Numbered from the stretch's first letter, positions 39,549 through 51,337 are shown. The stretch is DNA of 64,000 bases from an uncultured Enterobacteriaceae bacterium (GCA_964495015.1 CAZBUD010000009.1:3371-67370); one strand, 5' to 3'. Numbers and translations are program-made. Notes: generated from the letters alone by a model not told the origin.

Positions 39549-40400
39549 CTAGGGACGAGTTTCTCGGATCTCGTTCAGAATGGGCTCTACAAACTTAATA
39601 CAGCGCTCGGGATCTTCACTCATCGGAAAGTGGCCTAACCCTTGCATGGTCTGATATTTGGCGCCCTTGATCCGTTCCGCCAACTCAAATGACTGCTCAG
39701 GCGTGCTGGCCCAGTCATATTCGCCGGTCAGCAGATAAACGCCCACTTTGGAGGTGTCGATTTGCTGGGCTGTTTCCCGCAAGTCGTGATCGACCGAGTA
39801 GTAGTATAAGTCGCCTTTAAAAACCGGCGGTGCGCCTTGGCTATACACCCACACGGTCTCGCGGCGATATTTCTCAGGAGCGGTTGGGGCCATAAGCCCG
39901 TACATTGACATGGACTTAAAAGCATTGCTGACTCTGGGGTGATTCCACACATCCCGCCAACCACCGGGAGTGTAGAGTGCGGCCTCAAGACCGATGACGG
40001 CCCGGAATTCATCCGGATAGTGCAGGGCCAGATCGACGGCCAGATGTCCGCCGATCGAGCTGCCCATATATATAGGACGATCAAGTTCGAGCGCCTTACT
40101 CAGGCTGACGGGAATCTGCATCAAGAAATCTTTGGTTAGCTTGTACTCTTCCTTCCACCATTCTTTTTCTGAGGGAGGGAGCGACTTGGCATGATAGGGC
40201 AGATCATACGAGATCATGCGAAAATTTTGTGTCAGGCGTTCGTGTTCCAGAAAATGCCGCCACTGTCTGCCATCCGCTCCTGCGGTGTGATGACACAGGA
40301 CGGGTATGCCTGAGCCGCTCTCTTCAAAGTACAGACGATATTCAACCTCATCGATACTGAGATACACATAGCGTCCAACTGCCTTATCAAAACGTGCCAT
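39549..40400 (-). CDS. Alpha/beta fold hydrolase
   Basis: HTAGADGRQW, GSSIGG nucleophile elbow, GHFPMSE. Confidence 0.88.
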   Translation of the reverse strand: MARFDKAVGRYVYLSIDEVEYRLYFEESGSGIPVLCHHTAGADGRQWRHFLEHERLTQNFRMISYDLPYHAKSLPPSEKEWWKEEYKLTKDFLMQIPVSLSKALELDRPIYMGSSIGGHLAVDLALHYPDEFRAVIGLEAALYTPGGWRDVWNHPRVSNAFKSMSMYGLMAPTAPEKYRRETVWVYSQGAPPVFKGDLYYYSVDHDLRETAQQIDTSKVGVYLLTGEYDWASTPEQSFELAERIKGAKYQTMQGLGHFPMSEDPERCIKFVEPILNEIRETRP

Positions 40401-40429
40401 GCTCCAGGCCTCCGGTCGGTGGTATGCGG

Positions 40430-40819
40430 CTAGACGTTATGCGTCACTTCGCGCATGACATCAAAAAAGCGGCGGATGGCCGGGTAGTAGGCGTACATCT
40501 TTTCCAGGTCGCCGCCCACTTTAAACCCGTGATGGACCGTTGCTCCCCACAGATCGAGATAGAACGGTTTCGGCACAAGTTGGAGGAATTTATCCCATTG
40601 CTCAGCCGGAGCGTGGATTTGGATGTCGGATGGCACGAGCAGGTCAAAATCCTGGTAGCCCCGCTCAATTTCCGTGACCTGGCCGTTTTGAATCCGAATG
40701 AGGAGGGCGCTATTGCCCATATCAAGCTTCAGGTTGGTATTCCAAAACCGCGCTGTCAGCTGAAACTCAGGGTCGTTGTTGAGTGCTTTTTGCAGGTGCG
40801 TGGTACGGCTCGTGTTCAT
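40430..40819 (-). CDS. Hypothetical protein, SCP2-like fold possible
   Basis: GGAGG RBS; ALNNDPEF...W pattern; co-oriented with the hydrolase. Confidence 0.6.
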   Translation of the reverse strand: MNTSRTTHLQKALNNDPEFQLTARFWNTNLKLDMGNSALLIRIQNGQVTEIERGYQDFDLLVPSDIQIHAPAEQWDKFLQLVPKPFYLDLWGATVHHGFKVGGDLEKMYAYYPAIRRFFDVMREVTHNV

Positions 40820-41265
40820 ATCCGACCCTCCTCTTCTTACGGCTACTTGCGGCTAGTCGTGTAGACTCCGAAGCCGCGTGCTCCGAGCCTCTGTGTCATA
40901 CCACAAGGCGAGACGGCAGTCAGCCAAGGTTTCGCACACGTTACGGAAGCCTTGCCAGACCTAGGTAAATCCTGGGTTTGCCTGTCTTTGTGTTGCTCTC
41001 TATTTCTCATCATTCGCATAGTAGAACGCTTCCTCTTGACCACAGCACTGGACAGGTCACTCAGGCTGCAGACTCCACGAGCGGTAGGATTTCAGAACCG
41101 TGGGTTCAACTCCCAGGAGGGGGCCCGCACCTGACGCATGCTCCCCCTACAAGCCCAGCCTGACTGTGCCGCGATGCGCTCTCGTATTTCCCTTACTCGG
41201 CTTGACTCTCGTCCCAAAATCACATGAACTGTCACAAGTTCTATCTCTATAACAAGGAGGCCAGC

Positions 41266-42111
41266 ATGCGACTAGGTGTAGTGATGTTTGCAACCGATTA
41301 CGCCATTCGGCCGGACGACTTTGCGAAAGAATGTGAGGACCGGGGGTTCGAATCGGTGTGGTTTCCGGAACACACCCATATTCCCGCTAGCCGCAAGAGC
41401 CCGTTTCCGGGTGGCGGCGATTTGCCCAAAGACTATTGGCATACGCATGACTTGTTTACCTCGCTCATGGCTGCGGCGGCCGCGACCAAGACGATCAAGG
41501 TCGGCAGCGGCATTTGTCTGGTCATCGAGCACGACCCGATTAAGCTGGCGAAGGAAGTCGCCACGGTGGACCAACTGTCCAACGGCCGGCTGCTGTTCGG
41601 CATTGGTGGGGGCTGGAACGCGGAGGAGATGGAAAACCACGGCACGCCGTTTAACCGGCGCTGGAGAGTCCTACGCGAAAAAATCGAGGCCATGAAAGTT
41701 ATATGGTCGGAAGAAGAGGCCGAATATCACGGCGAGTTTGTCAATTTTGACCCGATCTGGTCTCATCCCAAACCGTTGCAAAAACCGCATCCGCCGATTC
41801 TGCTCGGCTCACATACTGAGAGCGGCTTGAATCGCATCGCTAAGTATTGTGACGGCTGGCTTCCCATTGGTGCGATGATGCCCGACTTCAAAGCCTCGAT
41901 CGGGGACCTGCGCGCGCGCGTGGAAAAGGTCGGTCGCACGGCGTCGGACATTGGCGTGTCAAGCTTTATGGCCCCAGCCGAGGAACCGGTGCTCCAACAG
42001 TATCAGGAGATGGGCGTTGAACGTGCCATCTTTGGCGTACCGTCCGAAGGCCGCGACAAAGTTCTTCCTATTCTGGATAACTACGCGAAGCTGATTCCTG
42101 AGATGGCCTAG
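41266..42111 (+). CDS. LLM class, probable F420-dependent oxidoreductase (paralog of 29045-29896)
   Basis: ESVWFPEHTHIPASRKSPFP, EHDPI, SNGRLLFGIGGGWN; AAGGAGG RBS. Confidence 0.88.
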   Translation: MRLGVVMFATDYAIRPDDFAKECEDRGFESVWFPEHTHIPASRKSPFPGGGDLPKDYWHTHDLFTSLMAAAAATKTIKVGSGICLVIEHDPIKLAKEVATVDQLSNGRLLFGIGGGWNAEEMENHGTPFNRRWRVLREKIEAMKVIWSEEEAEYHGEFVNFDPIWSHPKPLQKPHPPILLGSHTESGLNRIAKYCDGWLPIGAMMPDFKASIGDLRARVEKVGRTASDIGVSSFMAPAEEPVLQQYQEMGVERAIFGVPSEGRDKVLPILDNYAKLIPEMA

Positions 42112-42132
42112 CCGCGGAGTCGCCGAACCAGG

Positions 42133-42167
42133 TCGTGGGCTTGTTAGCCTCAATGGCAAGCCCACGA
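42133..42167. terminator. Perfect 11-bp inverted repeat after the LLM gene (terminator or REP-like)
   Basis: TCGTGGGCTTG-N13-CAAGCCCACGA. Confidence 0.5.
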
Positions 42168-42253
42168 GATCATCCCCGCTCCCAGCTCGCCCGAAGATTG
42201 CACTTTCCCCTCCACCGGAGGCCGGGGAGGGGGTGCTGGAGGTTGAGATTGAG

Positions 42254-42957
42254 ATGAGTACAGACCACATTGTTTAGTCGTGGGAGTTGGGCCGAGTTTA
42301 GGCATGGGCTGCGTGCGTCGATTTGCTGCGGGCGGCTATCGGGTGTCGATGATCGCCCGACATACGGGTCGGCTGGAGTCGTGGGCTGACGAAGTTCCCG
42401 AGAGCGCGGGTTATCCAACCGACGTATCCGATGCGGATGGCTTTCGCGAGACGCTGCGGCGCATCGTTGTCGAGCGTGGGCTACCGGAAGTCGTTGTGTA
42501 TAACGCGGCCCGGGCCACGTTTGGCCATTATCGTGACATCAGCCTGGATGATTTTGAGACCAACTTCCGCATCAACACAGGCGGCCTGCTGGTACTGGCG
42601 CAAGAGCTGGCACCGGCTATGGTCGAGCGCGGGTCCGGGGGCCTTATGGTCACCGGCAACACCGGGGCGCTCCGCGGCGCGCCGAGTTTTGTAGGCTGGT
42701 CGCCTACCAAGGCCGGGCAGCGTATCTTGGCTGAATGCCTGGCTCGCGAGCTGGGGCCGAGCGGTGTTCATGTTGCGTATATCGTGGTGGACGCGCTGAT
42801 CGACATGCCGTTCGCACGCCGTCGTTTTGGCGATAAACCCAAGGACTTTTTCGCCCAGCCTGCGGACATCGCGGAAACCATTTTTCAGACCGCACAACAG
42901 CCCAAATCTGCCTGGTCGTTCCTGGTCGAGCTACGCCCGTTTGGCGAGCACTGGTAG
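42254..42957 (+). pseudogene. Short-chain dehydrogenase with an apparent 1-base deletion just after the start codon
   Basis: The ATG at 42254 is out of frame with RPHCLVVGVGPSLG (first Rossmann strand). The rest is intact: VVVYNA, TGNTGALRG, WSPTK. Confidence 0.6.
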
Positions 42958-43095
42958 GCGTAGCCGACGCCCTAGAAGGGGACGTTGCGGAGAAATGAGG
43001 GTTACCCATCGGTCGCGATTGAGAGTCCAGGATCGCGTAAGAGATGATAAAATGACTGATCTCAGTCAAAGAAATCCAAGACAGCTTACATCGGT

Positions 43096-43314
43096 ATGAA
43101 AACACTCCTTCTTGTCTTGGTCCTGGCCGTTATCGTGCTTTCCTTTGCTACAGCTCGCTTTTCGCAGGATGCCCAGGCGCCCGGCGCAGAACAGGGCAGT
43201 ATGGCGTGGCATCGGCAAGTAGAGCAGCAGCATCGACATGAGCGCTATTTTCATGAGTTGATGGAGCAGGCTATTCGACAGCTTGAAGAACCGCGGCGCC
43301 TGAATGACAACTAG
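43096..43314 (+). CDS. Small secreted hypothetical protein
   Basis: Clear signal peptide (MKTLLLVLVLAVIVLSFATA) followed by a Q/H/E-rich helix. Confidence 0.5.
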   Translation: MKTLLLVLVLAVIVLSFATARFSQDAQAPGAEQGSMAWHRQVEQQHRHERYFHELMEQAIRQLEEPRRLNDN

Positions 43315-43356
43315 TCCCGCCGCAAATGAGATTATCTGTGAGGATAAGAACCGCCT

Positions 43357-44766
43357 CTAACCTTTGGGCTTTGTCATATCCGCAGGCCGGACCCACTCGT
43401 CAAACTGCTCGGGGCTGAGATGTCCAAGAGACAGGGCTGCCTCGCGCAGACTGTTACCATCTTTATGCGCTTTCTTGGCGATCTCAGCCGCTTTCTCATA
43501 GCCGATGTGCGGGTTGAGCGCTGTTACGATCATCAAGGAGTCGCGCAGGTGTTCCTCAATCCGGGGCGTATTGGGTTCGATGCCCACCGCGCAGTGATCA
43601 TTAAACGCGCCGCAGGCGTCTGCAATCAGTTGCACGGATTCAAGTAGATTATGCACCATAACCGGCTTGAAGACATTGAGCTGAAAATTGCCCTGCGAGC
43701 CGCCAAAGGCTACGGCGGCGTCATTGCCGAACACCTGTACCGCTACCATGGTCATGGCCTCGGACTGGGTCGGGTTCACCTTGCCCGGCATGATGGATGA
43801 GCCCGGCTCATTCTCCGGGATCAGAATCTCGCCTATCCCGGCCCGCGGCCCGGAAGCCAACCAACGCACGTCATTTGCAATCTTCATTAGCGCCCCCGCA
43901 AGGGTACGTAATGAGGCACTCGCTGTGACCATCGAGTCATGTGCAGACAGTGCCGCAAATTTATTAGGCGCTGACATAAACGCACGGCCTGTCTCTGCCG
44001 CCATCTTGGCTGCGGCCAAATCCCCGAATTGGGGATGCGCGTTCAAACCAGTCCCCACGGCAGTACCGCCTATGGCCAGCTCACACAGACTCGGAATGGT
44101 GCGCCGGACGTCGGCCAGAGCCCCGTCGAGTTGGGCCACCCAGCCGCTGATTTCTTGGCCTAAGGTAATCGGCGTGGCGTCCTGCAGATGGGTGCGTCCG
44201 ACTTTGACCACATTTTGAAACTGTTCCGCCTTCGTGTGGAGTGTATCGCGCAGCCGGATGATTGCAGGAAGTAGCACGTCTTCGAGCTGCTCGACGGCGG
44301 CGATGTGCATAGCGGTGGGAAAGGTATCGTTGGAGCTTTGGCCCCGATTGACGTCGTCATTGGGGTGAATCGGTTTTTTTGACCCCATCTCGCCCCCGGC
44401 CAGCTGAATGGCTCGGTTAGAGATGACTTCGTTGGAGTTCATATTCGTCTGCGTGCCTGAGCCGGTCTGAAAGACGACTAATGGAAAGTGATCATCGAGC
44501 TGTCCGGAGATGACCTCGTCCGCAGCCTGAACGATAAGATCGACTTTTTCTTGGGGCAGCTGCCCGAGTTCTCCATTGGCCAGCGCGGCGCCTTTTTTGA
44601 GCACGCCCAGGGCGCGGATAAGGGGCCGGGTGAATCGAAAGCGCTCTACTCCAATCGGAAAATTGTTACGCGAGCGTTCGGTTTGCGCTCCCCAATAGCG
44701 GTTGGCTGCTACTTCAATGGCTCCCATACTGTCCGTTTCTGTTCGGGTCCGTGTTTGGTCACTCAT
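43357..44766 (-). CDS. fumC: Fumarate hydratase class II
   Basis: [39 protein letters not shown] signature; start at 44766 after AGGAGG. Confidence 0.96.
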   Translation of the reverse strand: MSDQTRTRTETDSMGAIEVAANRYWGAQTERSRNNFPIGVERFRFTRPLIRALGVLKKGAALANGELGQLPQEKVDLIVQAADEVISGQLDDHFPLVVFQTGSGTQTNMNSNEVISNRAIQLAGGEMGSKKPIHPNDDVNRGQSSNDTFPTAMHIAAVEQLEDVLLPAIIRLRDTLHTKAEQFQNVVKVGRTHLQDATPITLGQEISGWVAQLDGALADVRRTIPSLCELAIGGTAVGTGLNAHPQFGDLAAAKMAAETGRAFMSAPNKFAALSAHDSMVTASASLRTLAGALMKIANDVRWLASGPRAGIGEILIPENEPGSSIMPGKVNPTQSEAMTMVAVQVFGNDAAVAFGGSQGNFQLNVFKPVMVHNLLESVQLIADACGAFNDHCAVGIEPNTPRIEEHLRDSLMIVTALNPHIGYEKAAEIAKKAHKDGNSLREAALSLGHLSPEQFDEWVRPADMTKPKG

Positions 44767-45173
44767 CAAGCTCCTCCTGCGTAATATTTGTCTTTGTCGG
44801 TGTTCAACTGCCAGCGCGGGCCGCTGATAGTTAGGATACCCGCTGCCGGCAAGTTCCTTACCACGCTTGGAATCTCCCGCCAAGACGGTCCCCCGCCCTA
44901 AGACGGTATGGCACCTCACTCTCAGCCTGGCTAGACAGATTTGGTAGATTTTGGCAGATTATCTCGGATACGCTGTCTTTAAGACTTCTATTATAAAAGG
45001 TAATGCAGACACCGTTGACATCTCATAAATTTTTATCTCCTTACCACGAAAGGAATTATTTGAGAAATGAGGACGTTGCTCGGGTGTAATGTAATCCGGG
45101 GGTAGGATCTGAAAGCTGTTTTCCCGTTCGTTTCGGTTTTGCCTTTTTTTAACGTTTTCTATTGTTAGAGATC

Positions 45174-46076
45174 ATGCACATTGAAACCCTCAAAGTCTTC
45201 TGTGATTTGGTTGAAACGGAGAGTTTTTCACTAGCGGCATCGAAGAACTTTATTACCCAATCTGCTGTTAGTCAGCAGATCCGCAACCTCGAAGAGCACT
45301 ACAACCGGGAACTAGTCGAGCGTTCGAGGGGATACATCAGGCTGACCCAGGCCGGAGAAGCGTTGTACGAGGCTAGTCGTGAGATCATCCTAAGTTTTCG
45401 GGAGATGGGAGAGAGCCTTCAGTCCCTCTCGCATTCGGTAGCCGGCACAGTGCGCGTGGCCACAGTGTATAGCGTCGGATTGTATGAGCTTTCTTCTCCT
45501 CTCAAAAGATATCTGCAGACCTTCCCGGAGGCTGAGGTTCACCTCGAATACACCCGTGTCAACAAGATTTACGAGGCTGTGAGTCGAGGAGATATTGACC
45601 TGGGCATAGTCGCTTATCCTCGCAGACGGTCACAGATTCAGGTCACGCTCTTTCGCAAAGATCGTCTCGTGTTGGTCTGTGCCCCACAACATCCTTTTGC
45701 CCGATTGAAACGCCTCGCGATTAAGCGCTTGGATGGGGAGAAGTTTATTGGTTTCGAGCGTGATATTCCTACCCGCCGAGCACTGGACAGGATTTTCCGC
45801 CAGCACCGTGTCAAGGTGCAATACATCGCCGAGATGGACAATATTGAAACCATTAAACGGGTCGTCGAGATTGGGTCGGGCCTTTCTATTGTGCCAGAAC
45901 TAAGCATTGTCCAGGAGGCCAAAAACGAAACCCTCAAGGCGATCCAATTCGCGGATGAGGTCGTGATGCGGCCGCTGGGGATTATCTCCAAGCGAAACCG
46001 GCGTTTCACGCCCGCGGTACAGGAGTTCGTCAACTTCTTGAAGGTAGAGTCCCAGCCAGGGGTAGCACAAGAGTGA
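45174..46076 (+). CDS. LysR family transcriptional regulator
   Basis: SFSLAA...ITQSAVSQQIRNLE HTH and substrate-binding domain; divergent from fumC. Confidence 0.92.
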   Translation: MHIETLKVFCDLVETESFSLAASKNFITQSAVSQQIRNLEEHYNRELVERSRGYIRLTQAGEALYEASREIILSFREMGESLQSLSHSVAGTVRVATVYSVGLYELSSPLKRYLQTFPEAEVHLEYTRVNKIYEAVSRGDIDLGIVAYPRRRSQIQVTLFRKDRLVLVCAPQHPFARLKRLAIKRLDGEKFIGFERDIPTRRALDRIFRQHRVKVQYIAEMDNIETIKRVVEIGSGLSIVPELSIVQEAKNETLKAIQFADEVVMRPLGIISKRNRRFTPAVQEFVNFLKVESQPGVAQE

Positions 46077-46353
46077 AACCAGGAGCTCCAAACCACGCTG
46101 TAATCCCGCGTCAGGGTTTAGCTCTTCGCTGACAAACGGACGATAGAGACCCGCCCGCATGCAGCCGACAGCTTTCCGTGATGCCGCTTTCTCACGGCGT
46201 GTCTATAGTGGCTCCGCCTTTATCGGGCTAGACAGGCTTGGCAAATTTTGGCACTTTACCTCTACTCTACTTTCGGACGATAGAAAAGCATTGCAACGTG
46301 GTCTTCGTCTGTCCCACTACCCTGACACTACATGGCCATTTGGAGCATAAGGT

Positions 46354-47301
46354 ATGGCACGTAAGAAAATTGTCCTGATCGGCGCGGGTAACATTGGTGG
46401 CACACTCGCTCACCTGTGTGCCCTTAAAGGGCTCGGAGATGTAGTCCTGTACGACGTGATTGACGGATTGCCTCAGGGTAAGGCTTTGGATCTTCTAGAA
46501 GCCGGGCCGATCGAGGGTTATGACGTTAACCTCATTGGGACTACGAGTTATACAGAAATTCAGGATGCCGACGTCTGTATTGTGACCGCTGGGCTTGCGC
46601 GCAAGCCAGGCATGAGCCGAGACGACCTGCTTGGCATCAACTGTAAAATCATGCGGGAGGTTTCGGAGAACATTGCAAAATATGCTCCCAATAGTTTTCT
46701 CATAGTTATTACCAACCCGCTCGACGCAATGGTGACGTTGGCCAAGCGGGTCACGGGGTTTCCCAAGAACCGGGTCGTTGGCCAAGCCGGGGTGCTCGAC
46801 TCGTCGCGCTATCGGACGTTCATCGCCCAAGAGCTGAACGCGTCCGTCCGCAACGTCACGGCTATGGTCTTAGGTGGGCACGGCGATGATATGGTGCCGG
46901 TGCGCAGCTATTGCCAGGTGGCCGGTATCGCGATCGAGCGGCTGATCTCAGCCGAACGCCTCAAGGAGATTGAGAATCGAGTGCGTCAAGCTGGAGGGGA
47001 AATCGTGGCGCTGCTCAAGACCGGCTCGGCATTCTATTCTCCTGCTTCGGCAGCGATTCAGATGACTGAGGCGTACCTGTACGACAAGAAGCAGATTCTG
47101 CCCTGCGCCGCCTACCTCGAAGGAGAGTACGGGATTGAGGGCGTGTATTTTGGCGTGCCAGTGAGCATCGGCGCCGGGGGTGTTGAGCGGGTTGTGGACA
47201 TTGCGTTGAGTAATAAAGAGAAGCAAGCGATGCAGCTGTCGGTTAGTCACGTACGGGAGCTGGTCGCAGCAATGGACAACGTGTTGGCGCAAAGCACATA
47301 A
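46354..47301 (+). CDS. mdh: Malate dehydrogenase (LDH-like type)
   Basis: [43 protein letters not shown]. Confidence 0.95.
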   Translation: MARKKIVLIGAGNIGGTLAHLCALKGLGDVVLYDVIDGLPQGKALDLLEAGPIEGYDVNLIGTTSYTEIQDADVCIVTAGLARKPGMSRDDLLGINCKIMREVSENIAKYAPNSFLIVITNPLDAMVTLAKRVTGFPKNRVVGQAGVLDSSRYRTFIAQELNASVRNVTAMVLGGHGDDMVPVRSYCQVAGIAIERLISAERLKEIENRVRQAGGEIVALLKTGSAFYSPASAAIQMTEAYLYDKKQILPCAAYLEGEYGIEGVYFGVPVSIGAGGVERVVDIALSNKEKQAMQLSVSHVRELVAAMDNVLAQST

Positions 47302-47384
47302 GCTTTGTGAGACAGAGAGGCGGAGACACAGACGTCGGGACTCTGTCTCTATACTTAATCTTATGAAGAGGAAGAATTGTACCC

Positions 47385-49130
47385 GTGCATGACATACTCA
47401 TTATAGGGGGAGGAGGAGCAGGACTCCGCGCTGCCATCGCCGCCGCCGAGATCAACCCTCAGCTTGACATCGCGCTTGTCTCTAAAGTCTACCCGATGCG
47501 GAGCCATACCGTTGCGGCTGAGGGCGGGACGGCTGCCGTCATTAAAGAGAATGACAGCCTGGAAGACCATATTAACGATACGATTACTGGCTCCGACTGG
47601 ATGGCGGACCAGGATGCGGTCGAGCTCTTTGTCAACGAAGCCCCAGCCGAGCTCATCCAATTGGAGCACTGGGGGTGCCCCTGGAGCCGCGAGCCCGACG
47701 GCCGTATCGCCGTACGCCCGTTTGGCGGGATGCGGATCGAGCGGACCTGGTTTGCTGCCGACAAGACCGGTTTCCACCTGCTTCACGCGCTGTTCCAAAC
47801 GTCCCTCAAATACACCACAATCACGCGCTATGACGAGTATTTTGCTACTACATTACTAGTGGAAAACGGCCGATGCCAGGGAGTGACGGCTGTTGAGCTG
47901 CGAAGCGGTATGGTGCAGCCAGTTCTCGCCAAGGCAGTTATTATGTGTACAGGCGGGGGTGGCCGGATCTTTCCTTTTACGACCAACGGTGCCATCAAGA
48001 CCGGCGATGGCATGGCCTTGGCCTACCGGGCTGGAGTGCCGCTCAAAGACATGGAGTTCGTCCAGTACCATCCTACCGGCTTGCCAGGGACAGGGATTCT
48101 GATCACGGAGGCCGCTCGTGGCGAGGGGGGAATTCTCGTCAATAAGAACGGCTACCGCTACCTACAGGACTACGGTCTCGGCAAGCCGCTCGATGTGAAT
48201 GACCCGAACCATCCACAGAAACGGGCGATGGAGCTCGGTCCACGGGACAAGCTGTCCCAGTGTTTTGTCAAAGAGCATGACAAGGGTAACACGATACCGG
48301 GACCGCACGGTGACGTGGTTTATCTCGACATCCGTCATCTGGGGGAGCAAAAGATCGACAAGAAGATTCCCTTTGTACGCGAGCTGTCAAAGAACTATGC
48401 AGGCATCGACCCAGTGTATGAGCCCATTCCGGTCCGTCCGGTGGTGCACTATATGATGGGTGGGATCCATACAGATATCGAGACGGCGACTCCACTGCCG
48501 GGCTTTTTCGCCGCTGGCGAGTGCGCGTGTGTCAGCATCAATGGGGCCAACCGGCTTGGCTCAAACTCGCTCACCGAGCTGTTGGTGTTTGGCGCCCGGG
48601 CCGGCCGTGCCGCCGCAGCGTTTGTGCAAGAGCAGCCAGCGTGTGACACACCGGCCCTCGAGGCCCAAGCCAAAGACGAGCAAGCGCGCATCCAAAAGCA
48701 GTTCATCAATAAGACGGATGGCACCGAGCGTATCGCCAGCCTACGCACAGAGATGACGGCGACCATGGAGGCAGGTGCCGGCATGTATCGCACCGAGGCG
48801 TCGCTTAAAGAGACGTGTAACAAGGTGTTGGAGCTGAAGGAGCGATTTGGCAATATCACCCTTGATGATCACAGTTTGACATTTAACACCGAGTTGACCG
48901 CAGCGCTGGAGCTGGAATGCATGCTCGACGTGGCTGAGACTGTTGTCTATTCTGCTTTAGCGCGGACAGAATCGCGCGGCTCTCATCAGCGCACTGATTA
49001 CCCCAAGCGTGATGACGACAAGTTCCTGGCCCACTCCTTGGCGCACCGCACAGATGGTCCGCCACGCATCGAGTATCTAGATGTCGTGATCACCCGCTGG
49101 CCCCCTGCTGAACGAAAGTATGGAGATTAG
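47385..49130 (+). CDS. frdA: Fumarate reductase/succinate dehydrogenase flavoprotein
   Basis: [17 protein letters not shown] covalent-FAD His motif, [21 protein letters not shown]. Confidence 0.93.
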   Translation: MHDILIIGGGGAGLRAAIAAAEINPQLDIALVSKVYPMRSHTVAAEGGTAAVIKENDSLEDHINDTITGSDWMADQDAVELFVNEAPAELIQLEHWGCPWSREPDGRIAVRPFGGMRIERTWFAADKTGFHLLHALFQTSLKYTTITRYDEYFATTLLVENGRCQGVTAVELRSGMVQPVLAKAVIMCTGGGGRIFPFTTNGAIKTGDGMALAYRAGVPLKDMEFVQYHPTGLPGTGILITEAARGEGGILVNKNGYRYLQDYGLGKPLDVNDPNHPQKRAMELGPRDKLSQCFVKEHDKGNTIPGPHGDVVYLDIRHLGEQKIDKKIPFVRELSKNYAGIDPVYEPIPVRPVVHYMMGGIHTDIETATPLPGFFAAGECACVSINGANRLGSNSLTELLVFGARAGRAAAAFVQEQPACDTPALEAQAKDEQARIQKQFINKTDGTERIASLRTEMTATMEAGAGMYRTEASLKETCNKVLELKERFGNITLDDHSLTFNTELTAALELECMLDVAETVVYSALARTESRGSHQRTDYPKRDDDKFLAHSLAHRTDGPPRIEYLDVVITRWPPAERKYGD

Positions 49131-49132
49131 TC

Positions 49133-49879
49133 ATGGCTGAGCCCAGCATCACGCTCGAGGTTTTCCGGTACCGGCCAGAGATCGAGCAAGAACCGACCTT
49201 CCAGACCTATACTGCGCCGTACCGCGAGGATTGGGTTGTCCTGGATGCGCTCAACTATCTTAAGGATGAGGTGGACGGCAGTTTATCCTACCGCTGGTCT
49301 TGCCGTATGGGCGTGTGCGGCAGCTGTGGCATGATGGTCAATGGCGAGCCGAAGCTCAGCTGCGCTGCCTTCCTCAAAGACTACTACCCAGCGCCGATTC
49401 GTGTGGAACCGCTGGCGAATTTTCCGGTCGAGCGTGACCTAGTCATCAATATGGATGACTTCATGCACAAGCTCAAGGACGTTCAGCCCTGGATCATCCG
49501 CGACCAAGAGAAACCAGTTTCTGAGGGTGAATATTTGCAGAGCCCAGCCGAACTCGCCACCTATAAACAGTTCAGCATGTGTATCAATTGCATGCTGTGC
49601 TACGCTGCCTGCCCCGTGTATGGACTCGACTCCTCCTTTATTGGCCCGGCGGCGATAGCCCTGGCCCAGCGCTACAACCTCGACTCGCGTGATCAGGGCC
49701 AGGATGGGAGGCGAGGGGTGATCTCCCAGCATGAAGGGGTGTGGCAATGCACCTTTGTGAGTGAGTGTTCTGTAGTCTGTCCCAAGGACGTGGACCCTGC
49801 TGGTGCAATCCAGCAGGCCAAGGCTTCCGGAGCGATTGACTGGTTCAAGTCTGTGCTCATGCCGAGGGGATCGCAATGA
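49133..49879 (+). CDS. frdB: Fumarate reductase iron-sulfur subunit
   Basis: [34 protein letters not shown]. Confidence 0.93.
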   Translation: MAEPSITLEVFRYRPEIEQEPTFQTYTAPYREDWVVLDALNYLKDEVDGSLSYRWSCRMGVCGSCGMMVNGEPKLSCAAFLKDYYPAPIRVEPLANFPVERDLVINMDDFMHKLKDVQPWIIRDQEKPVSEGEYLQSPAELATYKQFSMCINCMLCYAACPVYGLDSSFIGPAAIALAQRYNLDSRDQGQDGRRGVISQHEGVWQCTFVSECSVVCPKDVDPAGAIQQAKASGAIDWFKSVLMPRGSQ

Positions 49880-50265
49880 GAGAACCGTATCGACGTCCGA
49901 TATCCTCTACGACGTGGTGGCTAAACAAGCGGACTTATGTGCTCTTCATGCTACGAGAGCTGACCAGTGTATTGATTGCTGCCTTTTTAGTCGTGTACCT
50001 GATCCAGCTTGCCCAGCTTGCGCAGGGGGCCGAGGCCTATACGGCATTTGTCGAGCGGCTGGCCTCACCAGGCTGGATTATTTTTCATCTCCTTATCTTC
50101 ATTGCCGCGCTGTACCACAGCATCACCTGGTTCAACCTGACGCCACAAGTTATCATCGTGCGGCGGGGAGAAGAGCAGGTCCCGCCAATCTTTATCGCTG
50201 GCTCCCACTATGTTGCGTGGCTGGCTATCTCGGTTGTTATCGTGTGGATCGTCGTGGGGAACTGA
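49876..50265 (+). CDS. frdC: Fumarate reductase membrane anchor C
   Basis: WW...Y..FMLRELT and [14 protein letters not shown]. coli FrdC-like. Confidence 0.85.
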   Translation: MREPYRRPISSTTWWLNKRTYVLFMLRELTSVLIAAFLVVYLIQLAQLAQGAEAYTAFVERLASPGWIIFHLLIFIAALYHSITWFNLTPQVIIVRRGEEQVPPIFIAGSHYVAWLAISVVIVWIVVGN

Positions 50266-50269
50266 AGAC

Positions 50270-50617
50270 ATGCCAAAGTCGGGTGAAGCCTTTTGGTGGT
50301 CCCTCTTTTCGGCCGGGGGGATGGTCGCCGCCCTCCTCGTGCCCGTTCATATTTTGCTGAGTGGGATAGCGGCTCCCTTGGGCTGGGTATCAACAGAGGC
50401 GTTTGGGAATCAGATGCAGGCTTTGGTCTCGCATCCGCTGACCAAGATATACCTGTTCGTTCTTTTCTCTCTGACTTTTTTCCACTGTGTGCACCGCATC
50501 CGGCACGTCCTGTATGATACGGGTTTAAGGGAATATCAGACGTCTATTGCGGTTATCTGCTATGGGGCGGCTGTTATTGGTACGGTCGTAACTATCTTCA
50601 TCCTGTTGGCGATTTGA
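50270..50617 (+). CDS. frdD: Fumarate reductase membrane anchor D
   Basis: EAFWWSLFSAGGMVAAL, HRIRH; ATG at 50270. Confidence 0.85.
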   Translation: MPKSGEAFWWSLFSAGGMVAALLVPVHILLSGIAAPLGWVSTEAFGNQMQALVSHPLTKIYLFVLFSLTFFHCVHRIRHVLYDTGLREYQTSIAVICYGAAVIGTVVTIFILLAI

Positions 50618-50723
50618 GTGATGGGTCGCGGCCGACCACTAGGGCGTACAGACCGAGCGCTCGCGTACGAACTTCCCCATCGGGGTTAGCCCCCGCCTAT
50701 GTCAGCCCCAAACAGTATGATCA

Positions 50724-50756
50724 GTAGGTCCGACCAGGAGATATGGCCGGACCTAC
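50724..50756. repeat. GTAG-type REP palindrome
   Basis: GTAGGTCCG-N15-CGGACCTAC, a perfect 9-bp IR. Confidence 0.65.
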
Positions 50757-50808
50757 GGTAACACTTTGCTGCCAATAGTAATGAGCTGTTGATCTACACA
50801 ATCACTCG

Positions 50809-51111
50809 TCACACCGGCAATTTGGTCATCAGTTGTAGGGTTTCATCTTCAACACATTCTTCGATCACAGGGATCCATTTCTGGAATTCGGGGTCCTGAG
50901 ACGCGATTTCCAAGGTGGTCTGGACTGCGTTGGCATCGGGAATCTCCCAGACATCAACGACGGTGTTCAAGCGACCAATAACGCTGAAATAACTTCCGTG
51001 CAGCTTCCAACCGCCGTGCTTTTCCACAAGCGGTACAATGCCGCTGAGCATTTCCGTAAACTTCTGCACCTTGCCCGCCCGCAGTTTGATGTGTGCAAAC
51101 ATGAACGCCAT
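50809..51111 (-). CDS. NIPSNAP-like dimeric alpha/beta barrel protein
   Basis: IKLRAGKVQKF...GWKLHGSY...GRLNTVVDVWEI pattern; GAGG RBS. Confidence 0.7.
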   Translation of the reverse strand: MAFMFAHIKLRAGKVQKFTEMLSGIVPLVEKHGGWKLHGSYFSVIGRLNTVVDVWEIPDANAVQTTLEIASQDPEFQKWIPVIEECVEDETLQLMTKLPV

Positions 51112-51337
51112 AGTACTAGCCTCCTCGATAAAATAGATTCTCAGACTAGGGAAACGTAGCGCAAAGGGCGGAGCGCGGTCAAGGTTTTTTTGGTCAAATC
51201 ATTATTATTCTAGGTCAGTGTCCTTCCTGCGTTGCGCACGGAGAGGATTTACCGATTAACCCTCAAGTCGTCAGGCAATCGTAGCCATGGTCTGCGAAGA
51301 GAGCAAAAAAGTAGCACTCATGAACGGGGGGACTAGT

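Noticed and set aside
41040-41160. tRNA- or tmRNA-like T-arm (GTGGG-TTCAACT-CCCAG) in a long intergenic region
   Set aside because: No matching acceptor stem, anticodon arm or CCA could be built, and the adjacent sequence is a GTAG-type REP on the minus strand. A repeat cluster is more likely than an RNA gene; a covariance-model search would settle it.
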